Source: an uncultured bacterium
Lineage (GTDB): Bacteria; Patescibacteriota; Saccharimonadia; UBA4664; SCTI01
Reading direction: 5' to 3'
Assembly: GCA_963721685.1 (NCBI GenBank)
Contig: CAVRJJ010000001.1
Span: 132,870 to 196,869 of the forward strand
DNA length: 64,000 bases
Each line of letters begins with the position of its first letter. Within the stretch, counting starts at the first letter, position 1. A program made the translations under genes and the position numbers. Below the pieces are notes generated by a model, which was not told the DNA's origin, searched no databases, and saw only the letters and a list, made by a program, of their open reading frames with translations. Below, piece by piece: positions 42,463 to 51,943 of this stretch.

Positions 42463-42660
42463 ATGCTCGGCTACTGGATAGGAATCTGCATCGCTCTGTT
42501 CATCGCTCTTCTCGGGGCAATGATGTTGTATCGCCATGGAAGGTGGACATGGGGCATGCGCTCACCAGGGAGAGAGACCTACATCTTCATTGCAGGATGC
42601 TGTGTGATCATGGGTCTAGTCGCGGCACTCGTGCTCGGCCTAGCTGCCATCAATGCATGA
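42463..42660 (+). CDS. small two-TM membrane protein (65 aa from ATG 42463; alternative TTG start 42424 overlapping upstream gene)
   Basis: MLGYWIGICIALFIALLGAMMLY...IFIAGCCVIMGLVAALVLGLAAINA has two hydrophobic helices. Starts 5 nt after the upstream stop, same foreign composition. Confidence 0.45.
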   Translation: MLGYWIGICIALFIALLGAMMLYRHGRWTWGMRSPGRETYIFIAGCCVIMGLVAALVLGLAAINA

Positions 42661-42710
42661 AGATAGAGATAAGCGGCGGGGACAGCAGATACGTTCCCGC
42701 CGTTTGGCAT

Positions 42711-42751
42711 TAGCCGCGTTACAAAAGTAGCGCGGCTACTTTTTAGTTTTT
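42711..42751 (+). terminator. rho-independent terminator (TAGCCGCG...CGCGGCTA + CTTTTTAGTTTTT), preceded by a second GC hairpin at 42674-42700
   Basis: 8-bp GC-rich stem followed by a T-tract, read directly. Confidence 0.7.
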
Positions 42752-42840
42752 AAACTGTATATTCCGTCATACGGGATGCTGGCTGAAGCTGTATAATAGT
42801 TATGACATCTATTAGAATGCCCTGCCAAAGAGATGATATT

Positions 42841-43731
42841 ATGCAAAAAATTATTCTTTATTATAAATTCGTCCCAGTGACCGATCCGCAAGCGGTGATG
42901 CTGTGGCAAAAAACGCTTTGTGAAGGCTTAGGCCTTAAAGGCAGGATTATTATTAGCGCTCACGGCATCAATGGCACCCTTGGTGGGAACCTCCAAGCCC
43001 TTAAAAAGTATGCCAAAGCCACAAAGCTGTTTCAACCCTTCAAAGGCATGATGTTTAAATGGAGCGATGGTAAGGTTGAGCATTTTCCTAAGCTGAGCGT
43101 GAAGGTGCGCGACGAGATTGTGACATTTGGCGCGGCAGATGAGATTAAGGTCGACGAGCGTGGTGTGGTAGGGGGTGGCAAGCACCTCTCCCCGGCCGCT
43201 GTCCATCGGCTCATTAAGGAGCGGGGGGATGAGGTGGTGTTCTTTGACGGACGCAATGTTCATGAAGCTGCCATTGGACGCTTTAAAGACGCTGTAATCC
43301 CTGATGTTGAGTACACCCGGGAGTTTCTGGACGAGCTTGATGATGCTAAATATGACGCGATCAAAGAAAAGCCGGTTGTAACCTACTGCACCGGAGGTAT
43401 ACGCTGCGAAGTGCTTTCCAGCCTCATGGCAAACCGCGGTTTCAAAGAGGTTTACCAAATTGAGGGCGGGATTGTTAAATATGGTGAAAAATACAAAGAC
43501 AAAGGGCTATGGGAAGGTTCGCTCCGGGTATTTGATGACCGCATGAATATGTGGTTTGGAGAAACTGAGGAGCATATTGCTAAGTGTGTAAGCTGCGGAG
43601 TAAAAACCAGTAATCAAATAAGTTGTCATGGCACTGGGTGCCGTAGGCTAATGGTTGTTTGTGAAGGGTGCAGTATAAGATCTACTCACGTATACCACGC
43701 TGAGAATTGCCGTGAAACGCAAAAGGCATAA
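42841..43731 (+). CDS. trhO: rhodanese-domain tRNA uridine(34) hydroxylase (TrhO/YceA, UPF0176)
   Basis: Rhodanese active-site loop YCTGGIRCE and a C-terminal Cys-rich tail. Start trimmed to MQKIILYY. Confidence 0.7.
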   Translation: MQKIILYYKFVPVTDPQAVMLWQKTLCEGLGLKGRIIISAHGINGTLGGNLQALKKYAKATKLFQPFKGMMFKWSDGKVEHFPKLSVKVRDEIVTFGAADEIKVDERGVVGGGKHLSPAAVHRLIKERGDEVVFFDGRNVHEAAIGRFKDAVIPDVEYTREFLDELDDAKYDAIKEKPVVTYCTGGIRCEVLSSLMANRGFKEVYQIEGGIVKYGEKYKDKGLWEGSLRVFDDRMNMWFGETEEHIAKCVSCGVKTSNQISCHGTGCRRLMVVCEGCSIRSTHVYHAENCRETQKA

Positions 43732-43749
43732 TACGGTGCGCTTTCACTT

Positions 43750-45396
43750 TTAGGCTGGACCGATTTGCACTACCTCCGCGTCAAAGTTTTTAGCAAAATA
43801 GGTATCGTGTGATACATAAAGGATGGCTCCAGAGTAATTTGCCAAAGCCTTTTCCAGCTCTTCAATCGAAGGAAGGTCCAGGTGGTTGGTGGGCTCATCT
43901 AGGATTAATAGATTTGGTATATTGCAGAGCATTTTAATGATTTGCAGGCGGGCCTTCTGGCCTCCGGATAGTTGCTTGACTGTTAATTTTCCATCTTGAA
44001 TTGGATCAAACAAATAATCTGAAAGAATTTGTCTAACGCGCTGATCATTGATAGGCACGTTTTTATCATAATAGGTTTGCCCGATCGCTTCCGATAGTGT
44101 TAATGGTAGGTACTTTTCATTTATTTCTTGTTCATATAATCCAATTTCCAACTTTGGGTTTGGCGTGATACTGCCTTCAAAAGTTTTGACTGATGAGGTG
44201 TGGGTGGTGGCCGCGTCCAGGATCGCGCGAACTAAGGTAGTTTTACCGGCGCCATTACGGCCTTTAATATGAATCTGACTCCCAGACGATAAGCTAAGGT
44301 TCAAATTTGCAAATAATGGCTGAGTGTAGCCCAGCGATAAGCCTCGAATGAGTAGTAGATCCCGGACTGCGCTCGTATTCTGATGACGGCCTATCCGAAT
44401 GTTTTTGTCCTTGTATTTATGATAGCTATCGGATGCCTTCTCCGACATTTGTGTAACGCTTTCCTGGTCTATCCAAAACGACGGCTTTTGAATTGATTGC
44501 TTCAAATCATCATATTGCCGCTGTAAGCGCTCTTCCATGATGCGAAACTTGGAGTCGCTTGACGCGTACTTTTTTGTGCGGGCTGCCAGGATTTGCTTTG
44601 TTAAATTCTGTAGCGTCCTTTGAGCGTTTTCATAATCGGTTATATGCTTAACGGTCGAGCTGCTGTTCTGGCGCAGGTAAGCGTTATAATTACCAGGAAA
44701 ACTGATGGCTTTCTTGTCTTTAATCTCAATAATACGATCAACGTAAGCTAGCACATCACGATCGTGAGTAATCACCGCGACCGCGTGCTTAGCACTGGTA
44801 AGCCACTTAATAAAGGATTCTTTGCCAACATAATCCATATGGTTAGTAGGCTCGTCCACGAGAGCTAAGTCGGTATCGGAAAGCTCAACCCGAACGAGGT
44901 CAGCTAGACGCTTTTGGCCACCCGAAAAGCTGGCAAACGGTTGCTCCGATTGTTCAGCCGAAATTTGGTAGGCTTCTAAGTTTTGTAGAATTTTGTCGTA
45001 AATATCGTAGTACCCCAGTTCGGTGAATCGCTCGACAGCATTGGTATAGTGCGTAATCTTAATAGGGTCATTACCCATGGCTGCAGGGGCATCGGTAAGA
45101 ATAGTTTGCAGGCGCCTGAAGTCCGGCAGGTTGTCCAAGATGTAGTCGATGCAGGTTTTTTCGGCTAGTGTGTGGAATTCTTGCCGCGTCGCCGCTACCC
45201 TCAGGCCTTTGCGATGCGTAATATCGCCGGAATAATACTTATCATGTCCGGCTAGAATGTTAAAAAGAGTAGTTTTGCCCACCCCATTACGGCCGATAAT
45301 AGCAACTTTCTCTTTTGACTCCAGCTTGATCCTTAGCTCTCGGAATAATTCCTTTGAACCCATGGCTTTTTTGGTTATTTCTACTCCGAGAATCAT
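43750..45396 (-). CDS. ABC-F family ATPase (tandem ABC domains, no TMD; ribosome-associated EttA/Uup-like)
   Basis: Two Walker A motifs (GRNGVGKTT, GRNGAGKTT), two LSGGQ signatures and an interdomain linker. Confidence 0.85.
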   Translation of the reverse strand: MILGVEITKKAMGSKELFRELRIKLESKEKVAIIGRNGVGKTTLFNILAGHDKYYSGDITHRKGLRVAATRQEFHTLAEKTCIDYILDNLPDFRRLQTILTDAPAAMGNDPIKITHYTNAVERFTELGYYDIYDKILQNLEAYQISAEQSEQPFASFSGGQKRLADLVRVELSDTDLALVDEPTNHMDYVGKESFIKWLTSAKHAVAVITHDRDVLAYVDRIIEIKDKKAISFPGNYNAYLRQNSSSTVKHITDYENAQRTLQNLTKQILAARTKKYASSDSKFRIMEERLQRQYDDLKQSIQKPSFWIDQESVTQMSEKASDSYHKYKDKNIRIGRHQNTSAVRDLLLIRGLSLGYTQPLFANLNLSLSSGSQIHIKGRNGAGKTTLVRAILDAATTHTSSVKTFEGSITPNPKLEIGLYEQEINEKYLPLTLSEAIGQTYYDKNVPINDQRVRQILSDYLFDPIQDGKLTVKQLSGGQKARLQIIKMLCNIPNLLILDEPTNHLDLPSIEELEKALANYSGAILYVSHDTYFAKNFDAEVVQIGPA

Positions 45397-45493
45397 CTTG
45401 CTAGCTTACCACATGTCTGCCTGCTAGCTTTTAACCTTAAACCATGCTATAGTTCTGTATGTCTTAAACGGCGCCACTTGGCGTTATTTTTTT

Positions 45494-47323
45494 ATGGATC
45501 AAAAACCTACCCACATACGTAACATTGCAATTATCGCCCACGTCGACCACGGTAAAACTACCTTGGTTGACGGGCTGTTGAAGCAATCTAAAACTTTTGC
45601 CGAACATCAGTCCGAAATGGGCCAGGAGTTGATTATGGATAGCGGTGAGCAGGAGAAGGAGCGGGGGATTACGATTACCGCTAAGATTACCGCCGTTGTG
45701 CATGATGACTATCGCATTAATATCATTGACACGCCCGGCCACGCTGACTTTAGCGGCGAGGTGGAGCGCACCCTGGGTATGGCCGACGGCTGCCTGCTGA
45801 TTGTGGATGCCCAGGAGGGCCCCATGCCCCAAACCAAGTTTGTATTAACCCAAGCGCTGGCCCATAACTTGAAACCAATTGTTGTTATCAACAAGATTGA
45901 TAAATCTGCCAGCCGGATTGCTGAAGTTGAGGACGAGCTGGCCGACTTATTTTTGGAGCTGGCCGTCCATGAGGACCAGCTGCACTACCCGGTATATTAC
46001 GCCATAGGGCGCGAAGGGAAGGCCTGGAAAAGTTTACCTGCAGACCCAAGCGCCCCTGGAGATCTTTCGCCAATTTTTAAAGCTATCACTAGTGACGTCC
46101 CCGCCCCTCAGGTTGAGCCCGACAAACCACTGCAAATGATGGTGACAGCCTTAGCTTTTGACAGCTACAAAGGAAAATATGCCATTGGGCGTATTAATCG
46201 CGGGAACATTGTGGCTGGCGATCAGGTGTCCATCTGTAAAAAAGACGGCACTATTGCAAAGGCACGGGTTGAAGCGGTTTTTATGAGCCATGGTCTTAGT
46301 AAGTTTACCGTAGAAGGCGGGGTTGCCGGGGACATTGTTCAGTTAACTGGGCTGGGTGATATTCAAATTGGTGAAACCGTGGCCGATGCTACCAACCCGG
46401 AGGCGTTGCCTATTCTTGAAGTTGAGGCGCCGACGTTACAGGTTTATATTGGCCCTAATACCAGTCCTTTTAAAAGCCGGGAAGGTAAGTTTGTAACCGG
46501 CCAACAGATAGGTGCGCGGCTATACAAAGAGCTGGAAATTAATATTGGGTTAAAAGTTGAAGATACCGGTCTTGGGTACTTGGTTTCCGGGCGCGGTGAA
46601 CTTCATTTAAGCGTGTTAATTGAAGCTATGCGCCGTGAGGGTTTTGAAATGGAGGTTGGACGGCCTCAGGTGGTTACCCGCGAAGTAAATGGTAAGACCG
46701 AAGAACCGGTTGAGGAAGCAATTATTGAAGTTCCTGCAGAGCACTCCGGAACCGTTCAAATGGAGTTTGGGCTTAGGCGAGCAACCATCAAAGACCAATT
46801 TAATAGCTCTAAGGGCGTAACAAAATTAATATATGAGCTACCTACTCGTGCCATCCTGGGATTGCGTACTATTCTTATGACAAAAACTAAGGGCACCACT
46901 ATCATGAACACTTTAGTGGTCGGCTATCAACCTTTGGGCCAGTCATTACGTCAATTACGCAATGGGGCCCTTATTGCTTTTGAATCCGGCACAACCACAC
47001 CGTTTGCGCTGCAGAACGCCCAAGAACGTGGCACTACGTTAGTAGGGCCAGCCGAGCAAGTCTACGCCGGGCAAATAATTGGTTTAAATTCCCGCTCCGA
47101 TGACATGGAAGTTAATGTTTGCAAAGGAAAGCACTTAACCAATATGCGCGCCAGCAGCAGCGACGGAATTGTAAAGCTTACGCCCCATATTATCTTTAGT
47201 CTTGAAGAGTGCTTAGATTTTATTGAAAATGACGAGCTTCTTGAAGTAACACCCAAAAGCTTGCGCCTGCGTAAGCGCGAGCTTGAAGCTAATAGGCGCA
47301 AGAAGGTTAGTAAAAATAATTAG
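45494..47323 (+). CDS. typA: translational GTPase BipA/TypA
   Basis: 609 aa with [21 protein letters not shown] and the BipA-specific C-terminal domain. Confidence 0.9.
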   Translation: MDQKPTHIRNIAIIAHVDHGKTTLVDGLLKQSKTFAEHQSEMGQELIMDSGEQEKERGITITAKITAVVHDDYRINIIDTPGHADFSGEVERTLGMADGCLLIVDAQEGPMPQTKFVLTQALAHNLKPIVVINKIDKSASRIAEVEDELADLFLELAVHEDQLHYPVYYAIGREGKAWKSLPADPSAPGDLSPIFKAITSDVPAPQVEPDKPLQMMVTALAFDSYKGKYAIGRINRGNIVAGDQVSICKKDGTIAKARVEAVFMSHGLSKFTVEGGVAGDIVQLTGLGDIQIGETVADATNPEALPILEVEAPTLQVYIGPNTSPFKSREGKFVTGQQIGARLYKELEINIGLKVEDTGLGYLVSGRGELHLSVLIEAMRREGFEMEVGRPQVVTREVNGKTEEPVEEAIIEVPAEHSGTVQMEFGLRRATIKDQFNSSKGVTKLIYELPTRAILGLRTILMTKTKGTTIMNTLVVGYQPLGQSLRQLRNGALIAFESGTTTPFALQNAQERGTTLVGPAEQVYAGQIIGLNSRSDDMEVNVCKGKHLTNMRASSSDGIVKLTPHIIFSLEECLDFIENDELLEVTPKSLRLRKRELEANRRKKVSKNN

Positions 47324-47432
47324 CTAATCTTAAGATTATCCCAGAGGATTCGGGACATGAGTTGCATAGCGCTGAGCCATAAGCATTTTACTGTGTTAAA
47401 ATATAATGAAGATTTAAGAAAATGAGGTACAT

Positions 47433-47618
47433 GTGAGAGTCATCCTAGCGTATTTGGATCCCGGTTCAGGCAGTATTATTTGGCAGGCTATTATTGGCGG
47501 TGCACTTGGCGGCGCCTATGTGCTTCGGAGTACCGCGGGACGTATTATCCACGCCGGCCGGGCCGCCCTGAGCCGCAATCAGAATTCAGAAAAAACCGAC
47601 AGCGATTCGAAACAATAG
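47433..47618 (+). CDS. small hypothetical protein (61 aa) with Gly-rich hydrophobic N-terminus
   Basis: GTG start. N-terminus ILAYLDPGSGSIIWQAIIGGALGGAYVL. Lies 6 nt upstream of the next gene. Confidence 0.3.
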   Translation: MRVILAYLDPGSGSIIWQAIIGGALGGAYVLRSTAGRIIHAGRAALSRNQNSEKTDSDSKQ

Positions 47619-47624
47619 GCCGCT

Positions 47625-49028
47625 ATGAGCACCTCAGAACAGGTGCAGTCTTCCTTTAGGGATCCTGCCGGCCACGTTTTTACTTATCAAAGTACGGTAT
47701 ACCGCCAGGTTAATCTGGTAGGAAAAGACGACTACGATAGCTTCCTCTCTTCGGGTTTATATGACGATTTAGTTGCCAAGCAGCTGATTATTGAGCATAA
47801 GGAAGTCGACAAGGTTAAAGGGCTTGAACTTCCGGACGGTTGCTATAAGCTTCTGCGCCCCAAGCAACTGGACTTTATTTCCTATCCGTATGAATGGTCT
47901 TTTTCACAGTATAAAGACGCGGCGCTCTTTACACTCAAAATTCAGCATGAGGCGGTAAAACACGGAATGGTGTTAAAAGACGCTTCTGCTTATAACATTC
48001 AGTTTGTGGAGAATAAGCCCGTATTTATTGACACTTTGTCATTTGAAAAACTGACGGAAGCTCGCGCCTGGGTTGCCTACAAGCAGTTTTGTCAGCATTT
48101 TCTTGCCCCTTTGGCCCTGATGTCCCAAGTGGACGTGCGCTTAAGCTCGTTAATGCGCAATTACATTGATGGTGTTCCTCTTGACTTGGCGGCCATGTTA
48201 CTGCCGCGCCATAAGCGCTTAAGGCCGGGCTTATTAATCCATCTGTGGTTGCATGCTAAAGCACAACAGCGGTTTGCCGATGGCACCAAGGCCTCCCCTA
48301 AGCCGCAGGGAAGCCGCGCTAACGAAAGGGTGTTAATTGCCCAGGCCGACAGTTTACGGCGGCTCATACAGTCACTACGGCTGCAGCGCAAGCATTCAAC
48401 TGAATGGGGGGAGTACTATTCCTTTACCAATTATGAGGAATCAGCCTTTAAGGTTAAGCAAAAACTGGTCGCGCGGTATGTTTCAGCATTGGCGCCCGCT
48501 GATGTGTGGGACCTGGGGGGTAATGATGGCCGTTTTACCCGGGTGGCGGTAGAGGCGGGGGCGCCAAAGGCAATTTGTTTTGATATCGACCCGCTGGCTG
48601 TGGAGAAAAACTATTTGCATGGCAAATACGCTAAATCCGGGGTAGTTTTGCCCTTGCTTTTGGATTTAACTAATCCTAGCCCTGGCTTAGGGTGGGCTAA
48701 TCAGGAGCGAGAAAGCCTTGCTCAGCGCGCCAACCCAAAGACAACGGTCATGGCCCTGGCGCTTATTCATCATCTGGCTATCTCCAATAACCTCCCTTTT
48801 GAGCAAATTGCCGACTATTTTGCGCAACTGGGCAGCCATCTGATAATTGAATTTGTTCCCAAGCAGGATTCAAAGGTAGAAATACTGCTGGCAACCCGCA
48901 AGGATATTTTTCCCGAGTACACTAAAACCGGGTTTGAAAAAGCTTTTAGTAAGTATTTTTCTATTCTCAAGCAGGACAAAATTAGCGGCAGTGCCCGGAC
49001 TCTCTATCTTATGAAGGTTAAGCCCTAA
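47625..49028 (+). CDS. fusion protein: N-terminal kinase-like domain + C-terminal class I SAM-dependent methyltransferase-like domain
   Basis: N-terminal half has FRDPAGHVF...YRQV, YPYEW and LKDASAYNIQF/FIDTLSF, arranged like a kinase catalytic loop and DFG. C-terminal half has VWDLGGNDGRF...CFDID, like SAM-binding motif I. Confidence 0.45.
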   Translation: MSTSEQVQSSFRDPAGHVFTYQSTVYRQVNLVGKDDYDSFLSSGLYDDLVAKQLIIEHKEVDKVKGLELPDGCYKLLRPKQLDFISYPYEWSFSQYKDAALFTLKIQHEAVKHGMVLKDASAYNIQFVENKPVFIDTLSFEKLTEARAWVAYKQFCQHFLAPLALMSQVDVRLSSLMRNYIDGVPLDLAAMLLPRHKRLRPGLLIHLWLHAKAQQRFADGTKASPKPQGSRANERVLIAQADSLRRLIQSLRLQRKHSTEWGEYYSFTNYEESAFKVKQKLVARYVSALAPADVWDLGGNDGRFTRVAVEAGAPKAICFDIDPLAVEKNYLHGKYAKSGVVLPLLLDLTNPSPGLGWANQERESLAQRANPKTTVMALALIHHLAISNNLPFEQIADYFAQLGSHLIIEFVPKQDSKVEILLATRKDIFPEYTKTGFEKAFSKYFSILKQDKISGSARTLYLMKVKP

Positions 49029-50696
49029 GTGAAACATTCCGGTAAAAGGAAGGCGTTTGATTTTAAGGAATACGCGCTGTTGCTGGCACTTGTGCTGGGA
49101 GTGGTTATTACTTTTCCGTTTATTGATTACACCCGCCAAGACATCAATATTTCCCAGGTCGGCGAGCTTGGATTATTGTTTGGGATGCATATTGTGGTGG
49201 GATTTCTATTTTTCAATCTTTATTTTGCAACGCTGACTACAAGGTGGGGAAGGATTTTTGCGACGGTTGGTGGCACCTTCATTTTGTTGCAAAAATTTCC
49301 CCGGCTGTACGATATTCTTTCAGCGTGGACGCAAAGCTGGCCGCCGGCCCTAAACAGTTTTTTGATAACCGCGCTGGTGCTGGCCGCTTTGGGGGCTGGG
49401 GTAAGAGTTGCGGAACTGATTATTCAAAGATGGCAGCCCAACTGGCATAAACAGCTGTTTATTGTTGGATTGTTTATTAGCGCCAGTATTGTGGGTGTAA
49501 ACAGCTATAATTTCATTTCCTACCTGGCGAAGCAGCATCAATCATATACCTATCAACCCAGCAGCACATTAACTGATACGAAGTTAATGACAGGCGAAGA
49601 ACGTGATATTTATTATTTTGTTTTCGACCGATACGCCAGTCAGCAAACGCTGCAGGAACAATTTAATTATGATAACAGCCCCTTTTTAAACACTCTGCGC
49701 GCCCAGGGCTTTACCGTTAAGGATGATTCCGTGGCTAATTATCAGTACACGGCCCCCTCAATTGCTTCAACCCTCCGAATGGACTACCACCGCGATATCG
49801 CTAAGGATTTACCCGGCGCGCGGCCTCCGAGCTATGTGCCGTATAAAACCATATTCGAAGATTCACCTACAAGCGCGCTGCTTCGCGGGAGGGGTTATAC
49901 TTCTTACAATCTCGGAAACTGGTGGAATGTTACCAAAAAACAAAAGCAGGCAATTAATATTGAGCCGTACCGCGTAATCTTATTTGGAAAGACCTACAAC
50001 TTGAGTGACCTGCAATCAAATGGCCTGCAACGTACTTTTTTAAACAATCCTCTCCAAAAAGGCCTAAACACAAAAAAAACCGCGATTATCCGGCTGGAGC
50101 TGGCCTCGCCGCGTAGCCTCTACCTTGGACAAATGGATGAGCTGACTAAGATTGCAAAGCAGCGTGGAAAAGAGCCCAAGTTTGTTTTTGCGCATTTACT
50201 CAATCCCCATCCGCCCTACGTTTTTACCAGCTCCGGGGACCCGGTTCCGTATTTTCCCGATGAAAACAACGCCGGTGCCCCCAGGCGCGACAAGTACATA
50301 AACCAAATGGAGTACGCGAACAAAACCCTTACGGACTTAATCGCAACCATTAAAACCAATGCCGCGAAACCGCCAATCATTATTATTCAATCAGATGAAG
50401 GGCCGTACCCAATTGAGCCCACGCCGCCTTGGCAAAAAGCTCCGGAAGAAACATTGCAGCTTAAGTTTGGCACGCTGGCCGCCTATGATCTGCCCGGCGC
50501 AACCCCCGAGCAGGCCTCCCAAGTTAGCTCGCCGGTAAATATCTTCCGGTTTGTTTTCAACCAGTATTTTGGTGCAAAGCTCTCATATCTTCCCGATTGT
50601 TCCTATGTTTTTAATAACGCCGACCAGCCCTATCACTTCTACGACATAACTGCCAAGCTCCATACAGCCGACGAGAAGTGCCAAAACATTCACTAA
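49029..50696 (+). CDS. membrane-anchored sulfatase/LTA-synthase-like (alkaline-phosphatase superfamily) protein
   Basis: N-terminal block of about 5 TM helices followed by an extracytoplasmic domain with YYFVFDRY and HLLNPHPPY motifs. Confidence 0.55.
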   Translation: MKHSGKRKAFDFKEYALLLALVLGVVITFPFIDYTRQDINISQVGELGLLFGMHIVVGFLFFNLYFATLTTRWGRIFATVGGTFILLQKFPRLYDILSAWTQSWPPALNSFLITALVLAALGAGVRVAELIIQRWQPNWHKQLFIVGLFISASIVGVNSYNFISYLAKQHQSYTYQPSSTLTDTKLMTGEERDIYYFVFDRYASQQTLQEQFNYDNSPFLNTLRAQGFTVKDDSVANYQYTAPSIASTLRMDYHRDIAKDLPGARPPSYVPYKTIFEDSPTSALLRGRGYTSYNLGNWWNVTKKQKQAINIEPYRVILFGKTYNLSDLQSNGLQRTFLNNPLQKGLNTKKTAIIRLELASPRSLYLGQMDELTKIAKQRGKEPKFVFAHLLNPHPPYVFTSSGDPVPYFPDENNAGAPRRDKYINQMEYANKTLTDLIATIKTNAAKPPIIIIQSDEGPYPIEPTPPWQKAPEETLQLKFGTLAAYDLPGATPEQASQVSSPVNIFRFVFNQYFGAKLSYLPDCSYVFNNADQPYHFYDITAKLHTADEKCQNIH

Positions 50697-50708
50697 GTAA
50701 AATCAGGT

Positions 50709-51893
50709 ATGATTAGTTCTATGAATGCTTTGGACGTAGGAATTATTATTATTTTATTAGCCGATATTTTGCACGGCGCCCGCATTGGTTTTGTGCGTTC
50801 ATTTTTTAGTTTCGCCGGATTTTGGGGCGGCATTTTTGTGGCTGCTATGTTCGCGCCCACGGCTGCCCGTTACGGATCAACTCCGATAGAAAAGATTGGA
50901 CTGATTCTTGGAACGGCTTTAGTAATTGGTTTGAGTTTGAGTATGCTTGGCGAATTTTTGGCAAAGCGGCTGGGTCGGCTGGTTAAACGTTTTAATGTTG
51001 GTCCCATAGACGCAAGTCTGGGCTCCGCGTTTGGCGTGATTTTAGTTACCTTGTCGGTTTGGTTGATATCGGCAATGTTGTTTAATGTTCCCAATAGGGC
51101 TATTAGTAATCAGGTACATGATTCAAAGATAGTCCAACTTATCAATGAAGCCTTTCCGCCAGCCCCGCCGGTGGTCGCTAAAATCCAGGGCCTTATTAAT
51201 CCTGGCGGATTTCCTCAAGTTTTTCTTGGCCCTGAGCCCAAGGCCGGGTTTGTTGATGGGGGTGCTACTAAGGCAGAGGTTGAACAGGCGCTGACGGCGG
51301 ACGGACTTTCAACCGTAAAAATCTTAGGCAGGGGATGTGGCGGCGAGCAGGTTGGGTCGGGCTTTGTTGCAGGGGCCGGAATCGTTATGACCAACGCGCA
51401 TGTGGTAGCGGGCATTGACGAACCAATCGTCTTGGACCAGAACGGCGTGCACCGCTCAAGTGTAGTGGCTTTTGATTCCAATTTAGACGCGGCTGTTCTT
51501 CGGACTACCGGGTTGGCGGGACCGGCATTGCCGCTGGAAACGACAATTGTCGAAAGCGGGACTCACAGCATAGCCCTTGGTTATCCGGGAGGAGGTCCAT
51601 TAACTGCTGCCCCGGCCGCGGTTATCCAAAGCTACCAGGCAACCGGTAGAAATATTTATGGCGGAGGCATTACCACCCGCCGGGTGTATGAGATTAAAGC
51701 CGATATCCATCCGGGCAACTCCGGCGGGCCCCTAGTGCTGCCCACCGGACAGGTTATTGGGTTGATTTTCGCTCGGTCGCAGACCAATGAACGAATTGGA
51801 TATGCTTTAACTGCCAGGTCTATTGCACCGATGATTGATGCCGCTTCAACCAACCGCCGGGCGGTTTCAAGCGGTGTTTGCATCGCCGACTAA
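50709..51893 (+). CDS. CvpA-domain membrane protein fused to trypsin-like serine protease (MarP/Rv3671c-like)
   Basis: N-terminal CvpA-like four-TM region. C-terminal S1 protease with TNAHVV (His), D, and GNSGGP (Ser) motifs. Confidence 0.7.
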   Translation: MISSMNALDVGIIIILLADILHGARIGFVRSFFSFAGFWGGIFVAAMFAPTAARYGSTPIEKIGLILGTALVIGLSLSMLGEFLAKRLGRLVKRFNVGPIDASLGSAFGVILVTLSVWLISAMLFNVPNRAISNQVHDSKIVQLINEAFPPAPPVVAKIQGLINPGGFPQVFLGPEPKAGFVDGGATKAEVEQALTADGLSTVKILGRGCGGEQVGSGFVAGAGIVMTNAHVVAGIDEPIVLDQNGVHRSSVVAFDSNLDAAVLRTTGLAGPALPLETTIVESGTHSIALGYPGGGPLTAAPAAVIQSYQATGRNIYGGGITTRRVYEIKADIHPGNSGGPLVLPTGQVIGLIFARSQTNERIGYALTARSIAPMIDAASTNRRAVSSGVCIAD

Positions 51894-51943
51894 AACTAAG
51901 GAGCTAGGCTTCTTAAGCTAATCTTTAGTATAATTAAATTCCT

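Larger units (their letters stand above)
41869..42760 (+). other. compositionally foreign (high-GC) two-gene cassette inserted immediately 3' of tRNA-Trp
   Basis: About 59% GC over a hand-counted 100-nt sample and very high third-position GC, versus the host. Bounded by the tRNA 3' end and a strong terminator. Confidence 0.6.

Noticed and set aside
41869-42760. Calling the tRNA-Trp-adjacent island an intact integrative mobile element
   Set aside because: No integrase, recombinase or transposase ORF is present, and there is only an 8-nt repeat of the tRNA end. At most it is a remnant or cassette, so I typed it as 'other' rather than mobile_element.
45397-45493. Hairpin (GCGCC-ACTT-GGCGT + T-tract) immediately before the typA start
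   Set aside because: It is a short stem with a G-U pair. It could be the divergent ABC-F/typA promoter region rather than a terminator, and the support is too weak to annotate.
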